Shown here piece after piece: positions 24,539-39,973 of a stretch of DNA of 53,138 bases. The stretch covers positions 1 to 53,138 of the forward strand of contig JAPEUD010000108.1 of the NCBI GenBank assembly GCA_026026165.1. Reading direction: 5' to 3'. Position numbers and translations under genes: made by a program. Each line of letters opens with the position of its first letter. Position 1 is the first letter of the stretch. The DNA is from Sarea resinae. Its lineage: Eukaryota. The notes beneath the pieces were generated by a model. That model was not told where the DNA came from. It ran no database searches and worked only from the letters and a program-made list of their open reading frames with translations.

Positions 24539-25869
24539 TCAAGTAAACTTCGTATGGATTATCTCCGGGTTCTCATGCCAGTCGTCAATCGACACCCACA
24601 TCTATTTTGCATCCACCATTAGCCCGGCCGCCAAAAAAAAAAAAAAGAAAAACTCACCTTCCGGAACGTGCTCAAGCCCGCCAGAATACTGCCGCCGATC
24701 CACGTGCTGTACTTGCGCTCCGGCGGCGCGAAGATCTTGATCCGCATGTCCTTGACTGCCAGCCGTTGCACCTCGTGCAGCAAGCGGTCCGGAAACCCTT
24801 TGGTCAGCGTCGCCCCGCCGGACAGCACGATGTTGGTGAAGAGCGCCTTGCGCAGGTCCAGGTCGGTTCGGTTGATGGCGTCCACGATCAGTTGGTGCAC
24901 GCCCGGGTATTCGAGTCCGATGATTTCGGGGTCGAAGAGGATTTCCGGAGCCCGGAATCGTTCGGCGGAGATCTGCAAGGGGTGTCAGATTGCCAAAAAA
25001 AGTGTAGCCAAGAAGAAAACATACCTTTAGCTTATGGCCATCAGGTAGCGTATACTCGACCGCCTTTCCTCCCTCCCCCGTGCCTCGGCCCGCACCACTG
25101 GCCGCCCACTCCTTCTCCTCCTTCTTCGGGTCCAACGCCACATAACTCGTCTTCTCCTTAATACACCTCACCACCTCCTTCTCCGCACTCGTATGGAACA
25201 CGTATCCGGCTTTCCGCAGCAACGTCTGTAGATGCTCCGTCACGTCTCGCCCGGCGACGTCGATGCGGCGAATGCTCGACGGCATGGCGAACCCCTCGTA
25301 GACGGGGACAGCATGCGAGACGCCATCGCCCGCGTCGAGCACGATGCCGGTCGTGCGTCCGGAGGCGTACAGGGACAGGACTGCTTGGATGGAGGTGTAG
25401 AGGGCGGGTACGTTGAAGGTTTCAAAGAGGATCTGGGCGGCAGTGTCGCGATTGGTGCGAGGGTTCAGGGGGGGCTCCGTCAATAAGACCGGATGCTAGA
25501 TATTGTCAGTTAATAGGACAACCTCGAGACACAGACCTTTCCGAAGGGTTTGTCTACGCATACCTCTTCACTCAACGTCTTCAGCTCCTCTCCATAGACA
25601 AACTGCCAGATCCGTTCCATGTCATCCCAGTCCGTGACCACCCCATGCTCCAGCGGGTATCGTATCTTCAGCAGCCCTCGTAGTTCCTGCGCCCGCGCTC
25701 CTATGAATACGTCGCCCTCGAGCGCACCCGCGAGTACTCTCAGATGCTTTGGACGCCCGACGAACGAGGGAAAATAGCATTTTGGTAGGTCGTCGCCCGC
25801 AAAGCCCGCTCGAATGGTGCCGCTCCCATTGTCCAGCACGATTGGGGCGTTGTGGAGAGTGTCTGTCAT
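24539..25869 (-). CDS. ARP1: Actin-related protein 1 (centractin, dynactin filament), 4 exons, 384 aa
   Basis: Exons 25869-25564, 25495-25025, 24972-24658, 24601-24539. Motifs [43 protein letters not shown] and [17 protein letters not shown]. Confidence 0.95.
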
Positions 25870-26693
25870 GGTTGTGGTTGTATTGTCGCTGATGGGAGGA
25901 TGGGTGGATGAAGGAGGCGGAGGCGGAGGCGCAAAGTGCGCTGCTGGGTGATGCTTAGATGGCGCGCAGTTGAGTGAATGAAGTCGAGCTTGAAATATTA
26001 AACCCTCGTAATACGAGCTTTCTGGATTATCGTCATCTGCCCGAGGCCGTCTCTGGATGTTCAATACACAGTCGATTGACGCGGTTTGGTGAACGCGATG
26101 CCAAGCAGCTGCAGTCGACAATGACAGACAGGGGTCTCAGGGTCTCGTCTCGGCAGACTTGATTGATACTTTGTAGAATGTATTGGCTGGCCCCTTGACG
26201 AAAGTTGAAGACAGTCGAGATTCACGGTTCATGATTTGCATCTTGAGAGACAGTCTTTTAAGTTTTTGCGTCAATTCTTCACACGAGCACTTGATTGTGG
26301 CCGGTGTCTGTTTACTGTTTATTGACCCTTTTCTATTAACGTGGAACACCACGGACCAGGCTTCAAGTATGCAATGCAATGCAAAACCAACTCAATCCGT
26401 AGTCTCAGGCTCAAAGAGAATAGCTGCGGCCGGCCGACAACAGCCAGAAATGCACGCACAGGAGGCCTCAAGTCGAAAACAGTCAAACGTTAAATTATCC
26501 TCTACCCATTATATTTCTCCCTTCCCCTCTATACCTGTCTAGCTATATATTACCGATTATCATTATCATTCATATATCACCTACCTATATCCAGAACCTC
26601 ATCCATGATTATTACACCCACACCTACCATCACGAAGCAAACGTCGACGCAACTGCCCGGCAACACTCAGGAATCAGCCTCAGGAATCAGTCT

Positions 26694-29633
26694 CTAGCCC
26701 AAACCACTGGCCGCATCCCACCACCGGCGGATCACATGAGCCTTCTTCTTGGCCGGCCTCTCGACCGTAGGGCGGCTCGGGGGCTGCTGGTATAGCGGAT
26801 GATCCTCAGCTTGCGCCTGAGGATGGGCCTCCGGCTGATACTCCGGAAAAGCACCTTCCCATTGTGGACGAGCCTGGTGCTGTGGTCCCTGGCGTGGAGG
26901 TAATTGAGGGAGTGGCGGCGGGTATTGCGCTTGCATCCCGTACATGTAACTCGCCACGGCCGGGATCTGCTGCTGTGGTGCTGGCGCGGGCCGATATGCT
27001 TGGTACACGTGCTGCACCGTCTGCTCTGCGTGGTAGCCGTGGGCTACAGCAACGTACCCGCCTCTCTGCTGCGGATAGTTCGCAATGGGAACCTGTCTAG
27101 CACCAGCTCGCGGCTTGATCTCATCTTGGCGAGTGTCCTGACCGTGCACGTCAGCATCAAAGTAACCTCCACGGGCACGCGGTGTGACTTCGTACTGACG
27201 AGCATCCTGCCCGAACATCCCAGCCGGCAAGGCAGAGGCGCCAGCACGCGGTTCGCGTTCGTCGGCCGCGCCATCAAGCAGGTTCAGCGGCGGATTCCGG
27301 CGATCTTCGTCCCACCGCAGGACGTGCTTCAGGTCCTCAGGGGCGACTCCTTCAAGCCGGACGAGCTGTGCTGGCGTCATCCCTTCGCACACCATGTCGA
27401 CTAGTTGGCTTCTGGTATAGAGGACATGCTGCGGGACTGCCAGTTGCTGATCCTCTTCCCTGGGGACGACGGCCGCGTTCTTGAAGTATTCGTACTCCGT
27501 TTGGTTGCGGGCATGTTGCATCCGGCGCTGACGTTCCTTGGCCGTCATGACGTGTTGCGGGGGTGCGGGATGACGTCCCTGTGGAGGCGCGGCAGGACCT
27601 GCCTGTGCTCTGTCCTGTCCCAAGCCAGCCGCCGCCTCATTCCTCTGTTCCTTGACGGGCGCCGGTTTCTGAGAAGTTTCAGCATATGCGTTCTTCGGGA
27701 ACACTAACTTCCTTGGCTGCCGATTGGACTCATAGTCCGGAGGGGAACTGGCCGGAGGAGGACTCGCCGGCTCTATCAGGGGAGTATTTTTCCGCGGGAC
27801 CGGGGGTGGGCCGTTGGATGGTCCTGCCGCGGGAATGTCTTCGTCCCAGCTGCTGATATCGCGGTCGATGGCAGCGCCAAACTGTTTCGTGCCCTTCTCG
27901 ACCAGGTCAGCAACATGGTCCCGTACGAACTGAAAATTGGACCTCCTGTACGTGAGCGCGTACGCGTGGTCGTTGTCATACCGCTCCTGCACTTCCTTGA
28001 AGTAGAGCAGGTGTTGAGGAAAGGTGATCTCCTCGTTCTCCTTGGCCTTCTCGTACGCGTCTTCCGCCAGTCGTTCGTGCAGCGCTAGTCGATCGCTGGT
28101 ATAGCACCATAGCTTATAGATGTCCACACGGTGGCGAGCATCGAACGAAACGCAGTTCAGGAGCAGTCTCTGCAGATCTTTGCTGTACGGGTAGATCTTC
28201 CAGTCCTTGGCTCTCTTCAACGGGGCTCGCTGGAGATGTTTCGGTATCACTTTACGGCTGTGCTCGATCAGATGATACATCGTAACGGCCAAGGAATAGA
28301 CGTCCGAGTGGCTGCCCTGCTGGTCGTATGGAAGACCACGTACATGGGAAAAGTGGGTCGAGACTTCTGGGGCCATGAAACCTTCGGTGCCATGGCCAGA
28401 GGCCGATCTGAACTGCGTTATCTTCGCATTGGGAAGCGTAAAGCTGAGACCAAAATCGGCGAGCTTGCAGACCGGATACTTGGTTCCGCTGTTGCCTTGG
28501 TGAGCCCCGAGGAGGATGTTTCCCGGCTTGATGTCGCTATGGAGGATGGGCTCCCATTTCCTACCTTGGACATAGTTAGCACTTGCATCAGTCGGGGGGT
28601 CTTGGCTTCCTTGTTTGCAGTACAATAGGGCATTGGCCATGCTGTGAAAGACGTGCCATATGAACGCCTCGGGCAAGCAAAGCGATCTCTTTCTGTACCA
28701 TTGAAGAAGCTCATGCAAGTCTCCGTATTCGGTGTACTCGTAGACGGTCCGCATATTCTTGGTATGTCGAACCAGAGCCCATTCAACGACCCTGACGACA
28801 TTCTCGCAGCCAGCGTCGTTCAGGCGCTTGGTGAGGTGGCCTTCCGAGTTGTAATCCAAATACCACGATTCGTCCCACCTGGCAGTCTTTACCGCTATTA
28901 AGATTGAAGGCTGGTTGCTTGCCTTGAGTTCCCAGAGCATTACCGAACCCTGCCCACCCGCCCCGAGAGACTTGATAGGGATGAAACCGTAGTCTGGATG
29001 TTCTTTGTAGTACTCCTGAGCACCTTCCTGGAGAATCCTGCCGAGCAGAGAACGATTCGGGGGCTGCCCTGGAATAAAGCAGGAATCGGACTTGCTGAGT
29101 TCGTAGGCATAGTAGTCGTGCACGTCTTGGTCGAATTCTTGGCGATCACGCCGCCGTTTCAACCCCTTTAGGAATTTCGGTGGCATATTCGGAGGATTCG
29201 ACGACAGGCTCACCTCGTTCGAGACCCTTCCACCAGCCAGGACCTGCTGGATTTCGTGAAGCAACTCTGCACGTGTAAATCGTCTCCCCGCCTTCGAATC
29301 ATGTTCGCGCCGAGAACGCTCTAGTCCGGCTAGAGTAGCAATCGCTGAGACGTTGGCTTCGGCGAATCTGGTGGCATCCTCGGCGAGGGCTGGATCGCTG
29401 GTTCTTTCTTGCTGGATCGTGTTAGCATCAATATGTGGAAGAATGATAGTATCCGAAGAAGAAGTGGGAACGAAAGCGGGGTTACCAAGTCGTTCGTTCC
29501 GAAGGCCGCCAGCGGCCGGATATCGGGGTGGAACATTGAGACGGTTAGATGGACCAGCATCCTGCCCGCCAAGAAACATGCGGGGTCGTGTCATGTTTGG
29601 AGCCACCGAGGCCTTTCTGGGAGTATGCTCCAT
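26694..29633 (-). CDS. Ser/Thr protein kinase, divergent NEK/NimA-like, intronless 979 aa
   Basis: Motifs LGAGGQGSV, IAVK, LPEAFIWHVF, HSDIKPGN, LADFG, GTEGFMAPE and SDVYSL, followed by a long Pro/Gln-rich tail. Confidence 0.88.
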   Translation of the reverse strand: MEHTPRKASVAPNMTRPRMFLGGQDAGPSNRLNVPPRYPAAGGLRNERLGNPAFVPTSSSDTIILPHIDANTIQQERTSDPALAEDATRFAEANVSAIATLAGLERSRREHDSKAGRRFTRAELLHEIQQVLAGGRVSNEVSLSSNPPNMPPKFLKGLKRRRDRQEFDQDVHDYYAYELSKSDSCFIPGQPPNRSLLGRILQEGAQEYYKEHPDYGFIPIKSLGAGGQGSVMLWELKASNQPSILIAVKTARWDESWYLDYNSEGHLTKRLNDAGCENVVRVVEWALVRHTKNMRTVYEYTEYGDLHELLQWYRKRSLCLPEAFIWHVFHSMANALLYCKQGSQDPPTDASANYVQGRKWEPILHSDIKPGNILLGAHQGNSGTKYPVCKLADFGLSFTLPNAKITQFRSASGHGTEGFMAPEVSTHFSHVRGLPYDQQGSHSDVYSLAVTMYHLIEHSRKVIPKHLQRAPLKRAKDWKIYPYSKDLQRLLLNCVSFDARHRVDIYKLWCYTSDRLALHERLAEDAYEKAKENEEITFPQHLLYFKEVQERYDNDHAYALTYRRSNFQFVRDHVADLVEKGTKQFGAAIDRDISSWDEDIPAAGPSNGPPPVPRKNTPLIEPASPPPASSPPDYESNRQPRKLVFPKNAYAETSQKPAPVKEQRNEAAAGLGQDRAQAGPAAPPQGRHPAPPQHVMTAKERQRRMQHARNQTEYEYFKNAAVVPREEDQQLAVPQHVLYTRSQLVDMVCEGMTPAQLVRLEGVAPEDLKHVLRWDEDRRNPPLNLLDGAADEREPRAGASALPAGMFGQDARQYEVTPRARGGYFDADVHGQDTRQDEIKPRAGARQVPIANYPQQRGGYVAVAHGYHAEQTVQHVYQAYRPAPAPQQQIPAVASYMYGMQAQYPPPLPQLPPRQGPQHQARPQWEGAFPEYQPEAHPQAQAEDHPLYQQPPSRPTVERPAKKKAHVIRRWWDAASGLG

Positions 29634-30350
29634 ATCGTAAGTGTCGACCAGAAACCAGCTCGAATAGACACAGGAAGAGTAGAAATCAAAAGCAATGGAA
29701 CAATTCGCAGCTCAAGGCAAAAAGATGAATAAAGGTGAAATAAACAAAATGAGTGAAGCAAGTGTTGGCTGGAAGGGGATGCTTGCTCTTATAGAAATAG
29801 CAGTTTTGTTTTCAGCTCCGATTTGGGTTCGCTTTGTTCCAGAATTTATTATCGTGGCAACGGCGCAGACAGGGCTATAAACCGTAGAAAAAGCCTTACC
29901 AGTCAAAAGGCCCACGATGATGAACAAAGGGAACAAAGATAGGCTACCCAGAGAGGGACGTAAAAGGTTCGAATTTAATAGACAATCAGTATCCGAAGAA
30001 GAGATAGAAGAGACGGACAGAGCCTCAAAGAGAAATGAAACTCTCCTTGAAAACAATAAAGAAGATACAATGGCACATTGTTCCATTGTAATTCAGAGCG
30101 CGTTAGTAGAAATGGTAGAAATGAAAGAAGTATAATCCTCTCTAGTGATGACTCCCTTGTTCGACGTACAGACCGGGGTTGGGAGCTGAGATCTTGCATT
30201 CCGACCATCCTTTGATCATCGAAGACTAGCTTCAATTCCTTGACGCAACAGGCGGATTTTCTTCCTTCACCCTATCAGAAGGGAGGATGAGGACAAGAAG
30301 TTTATTTATCTATGAGAATCTCTTTGGGTCTATTGCTTAAAGGAATTTGC

Positions 30351-31619
30351 TCAAAGGAACCTCCTGACCAGCGGCTCCGGCTTGTTGCCGAGGACACTGT
30401 CAATCTCCTCCAGGATCTCCGGAGTCAATTTTGGAACCACGTCCAAAGCTCGAACGCTCTGATAGACCTGTTCGACCTTTGACGCACCCGTGATGGCCGA
30501 GGAAACGTTCGGATTCTTCAGCACCCACGCCAACGCAAGGGTGGCTTGCGTGATGCCCAACTTGTCCGCGACCGGCTGAGAAGAAAGGATCGTCAGTATC
30601 AGCATACAATACTAAAGAAAGATGAGGAGCGCACCTTCAATTTCTTGACTTGCTCAATATCTTTCTGCCAATTTGCATCACCGAAGCGTGAATTCATCCA
30701 CTGTGCAAATTTATCTTTGCTAGAGCCCAGCCGACTGTCTCCAGGGATCCCGTCATTGTACTTTCCTGTCAGGATACCAATCTTCAACGGGCTGAAGGTG
30801 GTCAATCCCAGACCGACCTGCTCATATAGCAACGCAAATTCCTTCTCCACCTTTTCACGGGACAGGAGGTTATATTGTGGTTGTTCCATGACCGGGCCAA
30901 TCAGATTGAGCTTGTCGGCGTACCGCCAGGCCGTTGCGATCTCTTCAGCAGTCCATTCGGACGTGCCCCAGTAGAATGCCTTGCCCGCGTTAATAACGTA
31001 GTTGAAGGCCCGCACCGTCTCCTCGATGGGAGTATTTCGGTCGGGACGATGTGCGTAGATAAGGTCGACTAGAGAGGTTAGTTGACAAACTCCACAACCT
31101 TGCAGCATCGGACGCACCATAGTCTAGCTGCAACCTCTCCAGACTGTTGTCCAGACCCTCGATGATATGCTTTCTGGAAAGGCCTCCGTTGTTGACGGGA
31201 TTGTTTCCATGCGCAGCGCCCCAGTTGATCTAGATCTCGCATTGAGATTAAACATGGACGGTATTTCGAGCCGACTTGGTTGCACGAACCTTGGTCGAGA
31301 TGACAATGTCATTTCTCTTCCAGCCAAACTTCTTGATAGCCTGACCCATGACCCTCTCAGACTCGCCATCGGCATAACCCTCCGCGCAATCGAAGAAATT
31401 GACACCCGCATCGTAGGCAGCTTTCATGCAGGAAAAAGTATTCTCTGGGGGTAAATGGGAAGATCAGCCCACCATCCAGACACGGCAGAGAACTCTACAC
31501 TGACCATTGTCGACATGCCCGCCGTACGTCAACCATCCCCCCAAGCCTATCGCCGAAACCTGTAGACCGGAGCGGCCCAGGAAACGGTATTGCATCTTTG
31601 GAAGATCTTGGGAAGTCAT
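30351..31619 (-). CDS. Aldo-keto reductase, voltage-gated K+ channel beta-subunit family, 5 exons
   Basis: Exons 31619-31505, 31444-31290, 31229-31118, 31068-30635, 30575-30351. Motifs [42 protein letters not shown] and YWGTSEW. Confidence 0.93.
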
Positions 31620-32535
31620 TGCTGCGGTGAACTGATGTGCGGTATGTGGTGTATGTGCGGTATGAGAAGGGAACGTGCAATTGGGAAAGTTGGCGCTTTA
31701 ATTCTTGAGATCGTGGTGTGTCAACATCTCACATCAGCTCACCACTTTGAACCCTAGGCCCTTGGCTCGAGGCACCCCATCATCTCGTAAGCTCTCGTTT
31801 CGGGTCCTCCATGCCCCGCACCCCACATGGTCGCCGTTGTCGTACTTGGAGCCCAGCTTGCGCAACTACCTATGCAGCTACGACAGTTTGATGTATGACT
31901 CTTAGAGTGAAGTACATGGTCATGATTCTAGAAAACCATAGAATCGCGACAAGCTGGAGGGGCAGCTCGAGACAGTGCAAGTAGAGTGCAGCGCCCCACA
32001 GCGCGGCATCATCAATCAACAGATTTGATGCCCACCAGTTTGCTCCACCATCCTGGACAATGGATCAATGACTTTGAGCTAGCCAAGTGGCATCAATACA
32101 TTGGTATCAAAATCCAAGGTTGAACATCACATGATATCAATTCCCGCAACATTCAGTTTTAAAATAGATGATAGTAGAATTATGCATGACTACTTCGTTA
32201 TCCGCCAGTCATACGCTCGTAAAGACCCGTTACCAGCGAGTATCGTTAGTACACATTAATTAGGTAGGCAGTCCGAATCGTAAAAGCAACCCAAGTCCAA
32301 CCATATAATCATACACACAGCAAACGCCCCATGAAAATGCTTTCCGTCCAGAGAAACCCGGGTGGAAAGGAAGGTAGGTGAGGCACGTAAACACCGTCAT
32401 CTTTCGACGCCGTAAGCGCGTCGGTGGAGTCATGGCCATAATTCATATCGATACAGTTGAGACTACAGAAATGATTTAGCGATCCGTCGTTCCAATACGA
32501 ATCGAACCGACGCGCAGCGACTAACCTGTGATGAT

Positions 32536-33171
32536 TCAGACCTGGGACATTGCTGGTGGTCCGCGTCTGATACCGCCACTGCGGAGGTTCGTCGGGCCAC
32601 CCTTGCTTGCGAAGCCAGAGACAACGGCCGAGATACAGTAGGCAGCGAAACCAAACCAGAGGAAAGCGGTCACGGCCTGGGCTTCGTGGCATCGCTTGCC
32701 GGTGTTGTAGGATCCATCTGTGATGCTGTTGCTATGAGTGTAGGCCTGAAACCCGCATTGTTAGCCAAAAGATCCCGGGGACTCTGACGTCAGCCGGGAG
32801 TTGGACGTACCTTGTTGCCGCAGCTGTGAACGTGCAGGCGGGCAGCCAGATCGATACCACCGCAGAGGAAAAAGATGGCATTCAGGACGTCGAGGACGAC
32901 CATGATGAGCGGGTGGATGACGACGGCATCAATGAATGAAGCCGGGATGAGATAGAACAGCGACAACATCGAGAATGCCGACACGAACATGGCGTAGTTG
33001 ACGCCGGATGGGTTGCCACTGAATGCGGTAGCGATCATGTTACCGACGAGCGCCATGATGAGAATGGTCCAGATAAACTGCAGTTTTCGTCAGCATGGCA
33101 ATGGCAGGACGAATCCGGCTATCGCATACCTGGAACACCCGAGCGGTGATGTTGATGATTTTTGCGACCAT
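32536..33171 (-). CDS. NCE102: MARVEL-domain eisosome protein Nce102, 3 exons
   Basis: Exons 33171-33130, 33077-32811, 32745-32536. Motifs NPSGVNYAMF, LHVHSCGN and RCHEAQAVTAFLWF, ending PAMSQV*. Confidence 0.93.
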
Positions 33172-34984
33172 TGTGCCGATTTGCTTTCTAATGCGATCGA
33201 AGAGAAGAAAGAAGCGCTCTGCTGGGGAGACGAAAGCACGAGGTTAAGAGGAAGGCGACGAGAGTATCGAGGTGGACAATGAATTCGAGGGTCGGGACGT
33301 TGGGAGCACTGGCTAAATGTCGCAGACTTTCGACCGGAAATGTACGGTTAGTTTAGGTGAGGAGATGGGAAGGTGTGTGGATAGGTGGGCGGTGGTTGTG
33401 TAATATATCGATGGAGCAGGAATGGGCAAGGTAAGGTTGCAAGGAGCGGGCACTACTAACCAACCTACGTAGGCGGTGGTGGTCCTGGGGCACTCGTGAC
33501 GAAGCACTGCTGCTGTGCAAGGTGAGTACTAGGCAGGCAAGGGTCGGTGGCTACGGTCGAGGGTAAGCAAGGAAGAGAGGAAGAGAGGAGATTAACTACT
33601 ACGCCGTACATAGTATTGAATGGACGAGCAGGAGCCTCGCGGAAGGGGGCACAACAAGAAGGTCGAAGGTATCCAAGTATCGCGCTCGTTGGGGGTGGTG
33701 TGGTGATCCAATGGGCGCCTGAGCGGAGTTGGGACGGGGGAGTTTCTGCCGATGAAGCTCTAGGGGAATCTCGAGGGGAAAATTCAGTCCTTGATGACGA
33801 TGACGATGATGCGATGATGATTGATGGAGCTGATGCCGATCTCCCAGGGCCGTCGCCGAGGACTCTGGAGTACATGCAGCTGGTCCAACCGCCATCGACC
33901 AGACGGCCATTCGACGTCATGGCGGCCACTACGCACCGGCAAACGGGTGGGATGCGAATCCGGGCAGCTCGGAGAAGAAACAAGGCGGCGGAAGCTACCT
34001 GGCTCGAGCGTACATCGTACTGAAGGTACTCCGGCGCTGCAGCACTCATGGCCACGGACAAGTACCTTTTCGACGGAAGGTGGCTGTACGGCTACCTCTC
34101 TCTCTCTCGCGTGAGGAGGGAGCAATGCTCGATACCTCGTACCTGAGGTACTGACCACATGTAGTCGTGTCCGTGTGTTGCCTCTAGGTAGGTAGGTACT
34201 CCGAGTGCTGGACCTCTCAATGGAAGTCTGAAATTCTCACCTTCTTTACTCTACATCCATCCATCCATCCATCCATCCATCCATCCTCACGATTTCTTCC
34301 CATCCACGCTCTGCCCCTCGAGTACCTCGTCCGTTCCTCTCTCTCTCTCGGCCCAATCAGGCAAGAGTAGTGCCGGAAGCCGAAGGGAGAGGGAGAAGAA
34401 TCGGTGCTAATTGGCTGCCGTGCGGTAGCGGCATAAGCGCACCGAGTAGAGTAAAGGCAGAGTAAGCGAGTGAGCGAGATCAAGCCCCGGAGTACCTTAG
34501 GGAAACGCTACGGCATTCAGTCATCATCATCTACCATCTCACCTCCGGCTACTAGTAATCTATGTAGTACACCCAGATAGAACACAGACACCAGACAACA
34601 ACAATAAGCTCAGCCAGCTTCATCGAACCATGACTCATATCCGATGAGAAATGCATCCCTTAGTGCCTGACCTTATTCCACCTTATCAATCCCATCACCG
34701 AAACTAGCCAGACCAGTATCATCGAACATCCTACCTTACCTTACCTACCGTCCCAAAGTAATCCCACTCACAAAGTAGAGTACTAGAGATTGCAGAGTCA
34801 GTCAGACTATTGTATCTCAAGCCCAAGCCACGTACTATGAGTACGGAGTACAGTACAGTACAGTACAATCTCTCTGAACCACGCCGAACCACGTAACTCC
34901 TCCGTACAAGACCATCAATCTATCAATCAATCAACAATCAAAATTCCATCGAGACATCCATCCAGATATCCAATCCAAACCAAG

Positions 34985-35033
<49 letters not shown>
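34985..35033. repeat. Poly(C)/poly(G) tract, ~49 nt
   Basis: Uninterrupted C run; the exact length may be a sequencing artefact. Confidence 0.9.
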
Positions 35034-35035
<2 letters not shown>

Positions 35036-35928
35036 CCGCCTCGACTACCTACCCTACCTACACCCCCCAATTGCCCAATGACGACCTCAAAACCAGATGG
35101 CACTCCCCCATCACACACCTCACACCTCACACCACACACCACACAGCAAAGCACCGCCCACTCCACTCCCCTCGCCTCGCTGCGCCACGACAAGGCACGA
35201 CATGACACGTGAAAGGAAGTGAAGTATTGATGTGTGCAACCGCCCGCGCGCCCACCCACTCACTCACTACCTACCTCCCGCAGTAGTACTTCAATGCCAA
35301 TGCATTCCCCTCCTAGCCTATACCTACCCTGCCCTACCGGTTAGGGTACCCTACCATCTATCCATCTGTGATGCGATGCGACGCGAATGCGAAACCCGTA
35401 CTCGAACCCACCACCCCAAGGTACCCTAAACCCAACTCTACCTCCAACTCTCCTAATCGTCCGTCGGGACGAGACACAAAGCACAAGCAAGAAAACCAAG
35501 AAAGACAAAATAAACGTATATGGCATTGGTATCAATAAAAAAAGTGAAGCAGCCAAGGTAGAGAGCGAGCGAGCGAGCGAGCGAGCGAGCCCGAAGCCCC
35601 CTTCACACTCCTGGATCTCCTATCCCATCCGTCAGCGACTGCGCTGCGTAGATGAAAAGCCCCCTCCGCTTCTCCTTTTGATTCGCGAGTTCAAACCCCG
35701 CCGTCCAGCAGAGCCAAAATAGGGAGAAATAGAGATACTCTGGTCGGCTCGCAAGCGCATCGCACGGGAAGATGTGAAGATGAACGAGGCTCTCAAATAC
35801 ATACACAGAGAAATGAATCGAGTGAGCACGAGACCAAAGCCAACACCAAAGAACCACCATTGCATCACGTCGTCACGGTCGTCCCAGTCAACTAATCCTC
35901 CTCGTCCTTTTCCTCCTCCTTTTCCTCC

Positions 35929-38646
<2,718 letters not shown>

Positions 38647-39973
38647 TCTGGCTGGTGAGGCGGGGCTTGCAATGCTTCAACAAGACGAATCCGCACCCAG
38701 GAAGTAGCGGCCAGTGGTGTTGACACGGATGCAACCCCAGCGGGCCAAATGGGTGACGGGAACCAGAGACAGATGGGGGGGGATGCTATCGTGAAGTGAC
38801 GGCGATGTATGAGAGTCGAGAGTAGCACCGCACTCGATTGTGCATGGAGGCTGGAAAATTGCAAGTCGAGTCTAGTGGTCGAAAGCAGCGGTCGAAGATG
38901 GAGCCATGTGGCACAAGGGGGAGCGAAGAAGGTTTGGGGTGGGGATGGCGGAGTATGGAGGCGTAATGGGGATCTGTCGTGTGAGATGGTGTACGACCCC
39001 GACTGCCTCTGCGGTCGGATGTGTCTCTGTCGATGTCGTGCGAGGAAGGCCACACCGAGGGTGAAGAGGCAATGGAATGGATTGGGATGATGGAATGATG
39101 GGATGATTGTCCGCTTGTATCATTCCGGTGTTGGTGGTGCGGAGGTCGGGCGGTGGTGGGGGAGTGTCAGCTACCTTAGGCTCGTTGACCCGGGCAGCGA
39201 TGATGAGGTCTCCGGCTCGCGCTCTCACACGATGGACGATGGAGGATGAGTCGAGTCGAGTCGAGTCGAGTCGCAATCACAGCTGGTCGTCACGGTCGTC
39301 ACGGTCAAGGCCCGCCCGGTCTCGCTACTTGGCCATGACCCGGTTAGTCAGGGAGTCCGAAGAGACGTCGTACCTCGAGGCCTGAGAGTAGAGTACTTGA
39401 CCTCAGGTACCTTGCGGTAGGGAATGGCATACCGACACGGGGGAATGGGCCAGAGCTAGCACGTTTCTTTTTCGCGGACCGGGAGGGATCAATTACGATG
39501 GAGATGGAGGGAGCACTGGATGCGGCAATGGATATTGGGATATCGACCCTCTCATCGGATGACTTGCAGGAAGATTGAATGTACTCGGAGTACTCGGGAA
39601 CAGACAGAGTAGAGATCATGGAAGGTGGCGGAAGCCTTTCTGCTGTTGGGTACTCGCTGTACCGGTCCAGACAATGGCATACTCGGTACGATGAGTACCC
39701 GTACTTCATACTCGTACTGGAGGGGCTTGCCTCAGTATACTCAGACCTCGCTTGGCGGGTGGTCCGCTGCGCACGGACCACTATTGCCTAAATAGGCAAT
39801 CCACCAGCCAGAGGTCTGAGGCAACTTCTCTGACGTACTATGACTGAGGCAGGCGATTTGTATGGAGTCAACGATCACTGACTTTAAGGCATAAGATATC
39901 TGCAACTATAACGCTAACAACACTAAAAGTTGCATCAATTAAAAGCCACACTTCTACTGTATAATTGATTACA

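Noticed and set aside
33465..34158. Overlapping 100-200 aa ORFs upstream of NCE102
   Set aside because: Low-complexity, GC-rich ORFs on both strands with no motifs; treated as spurious.
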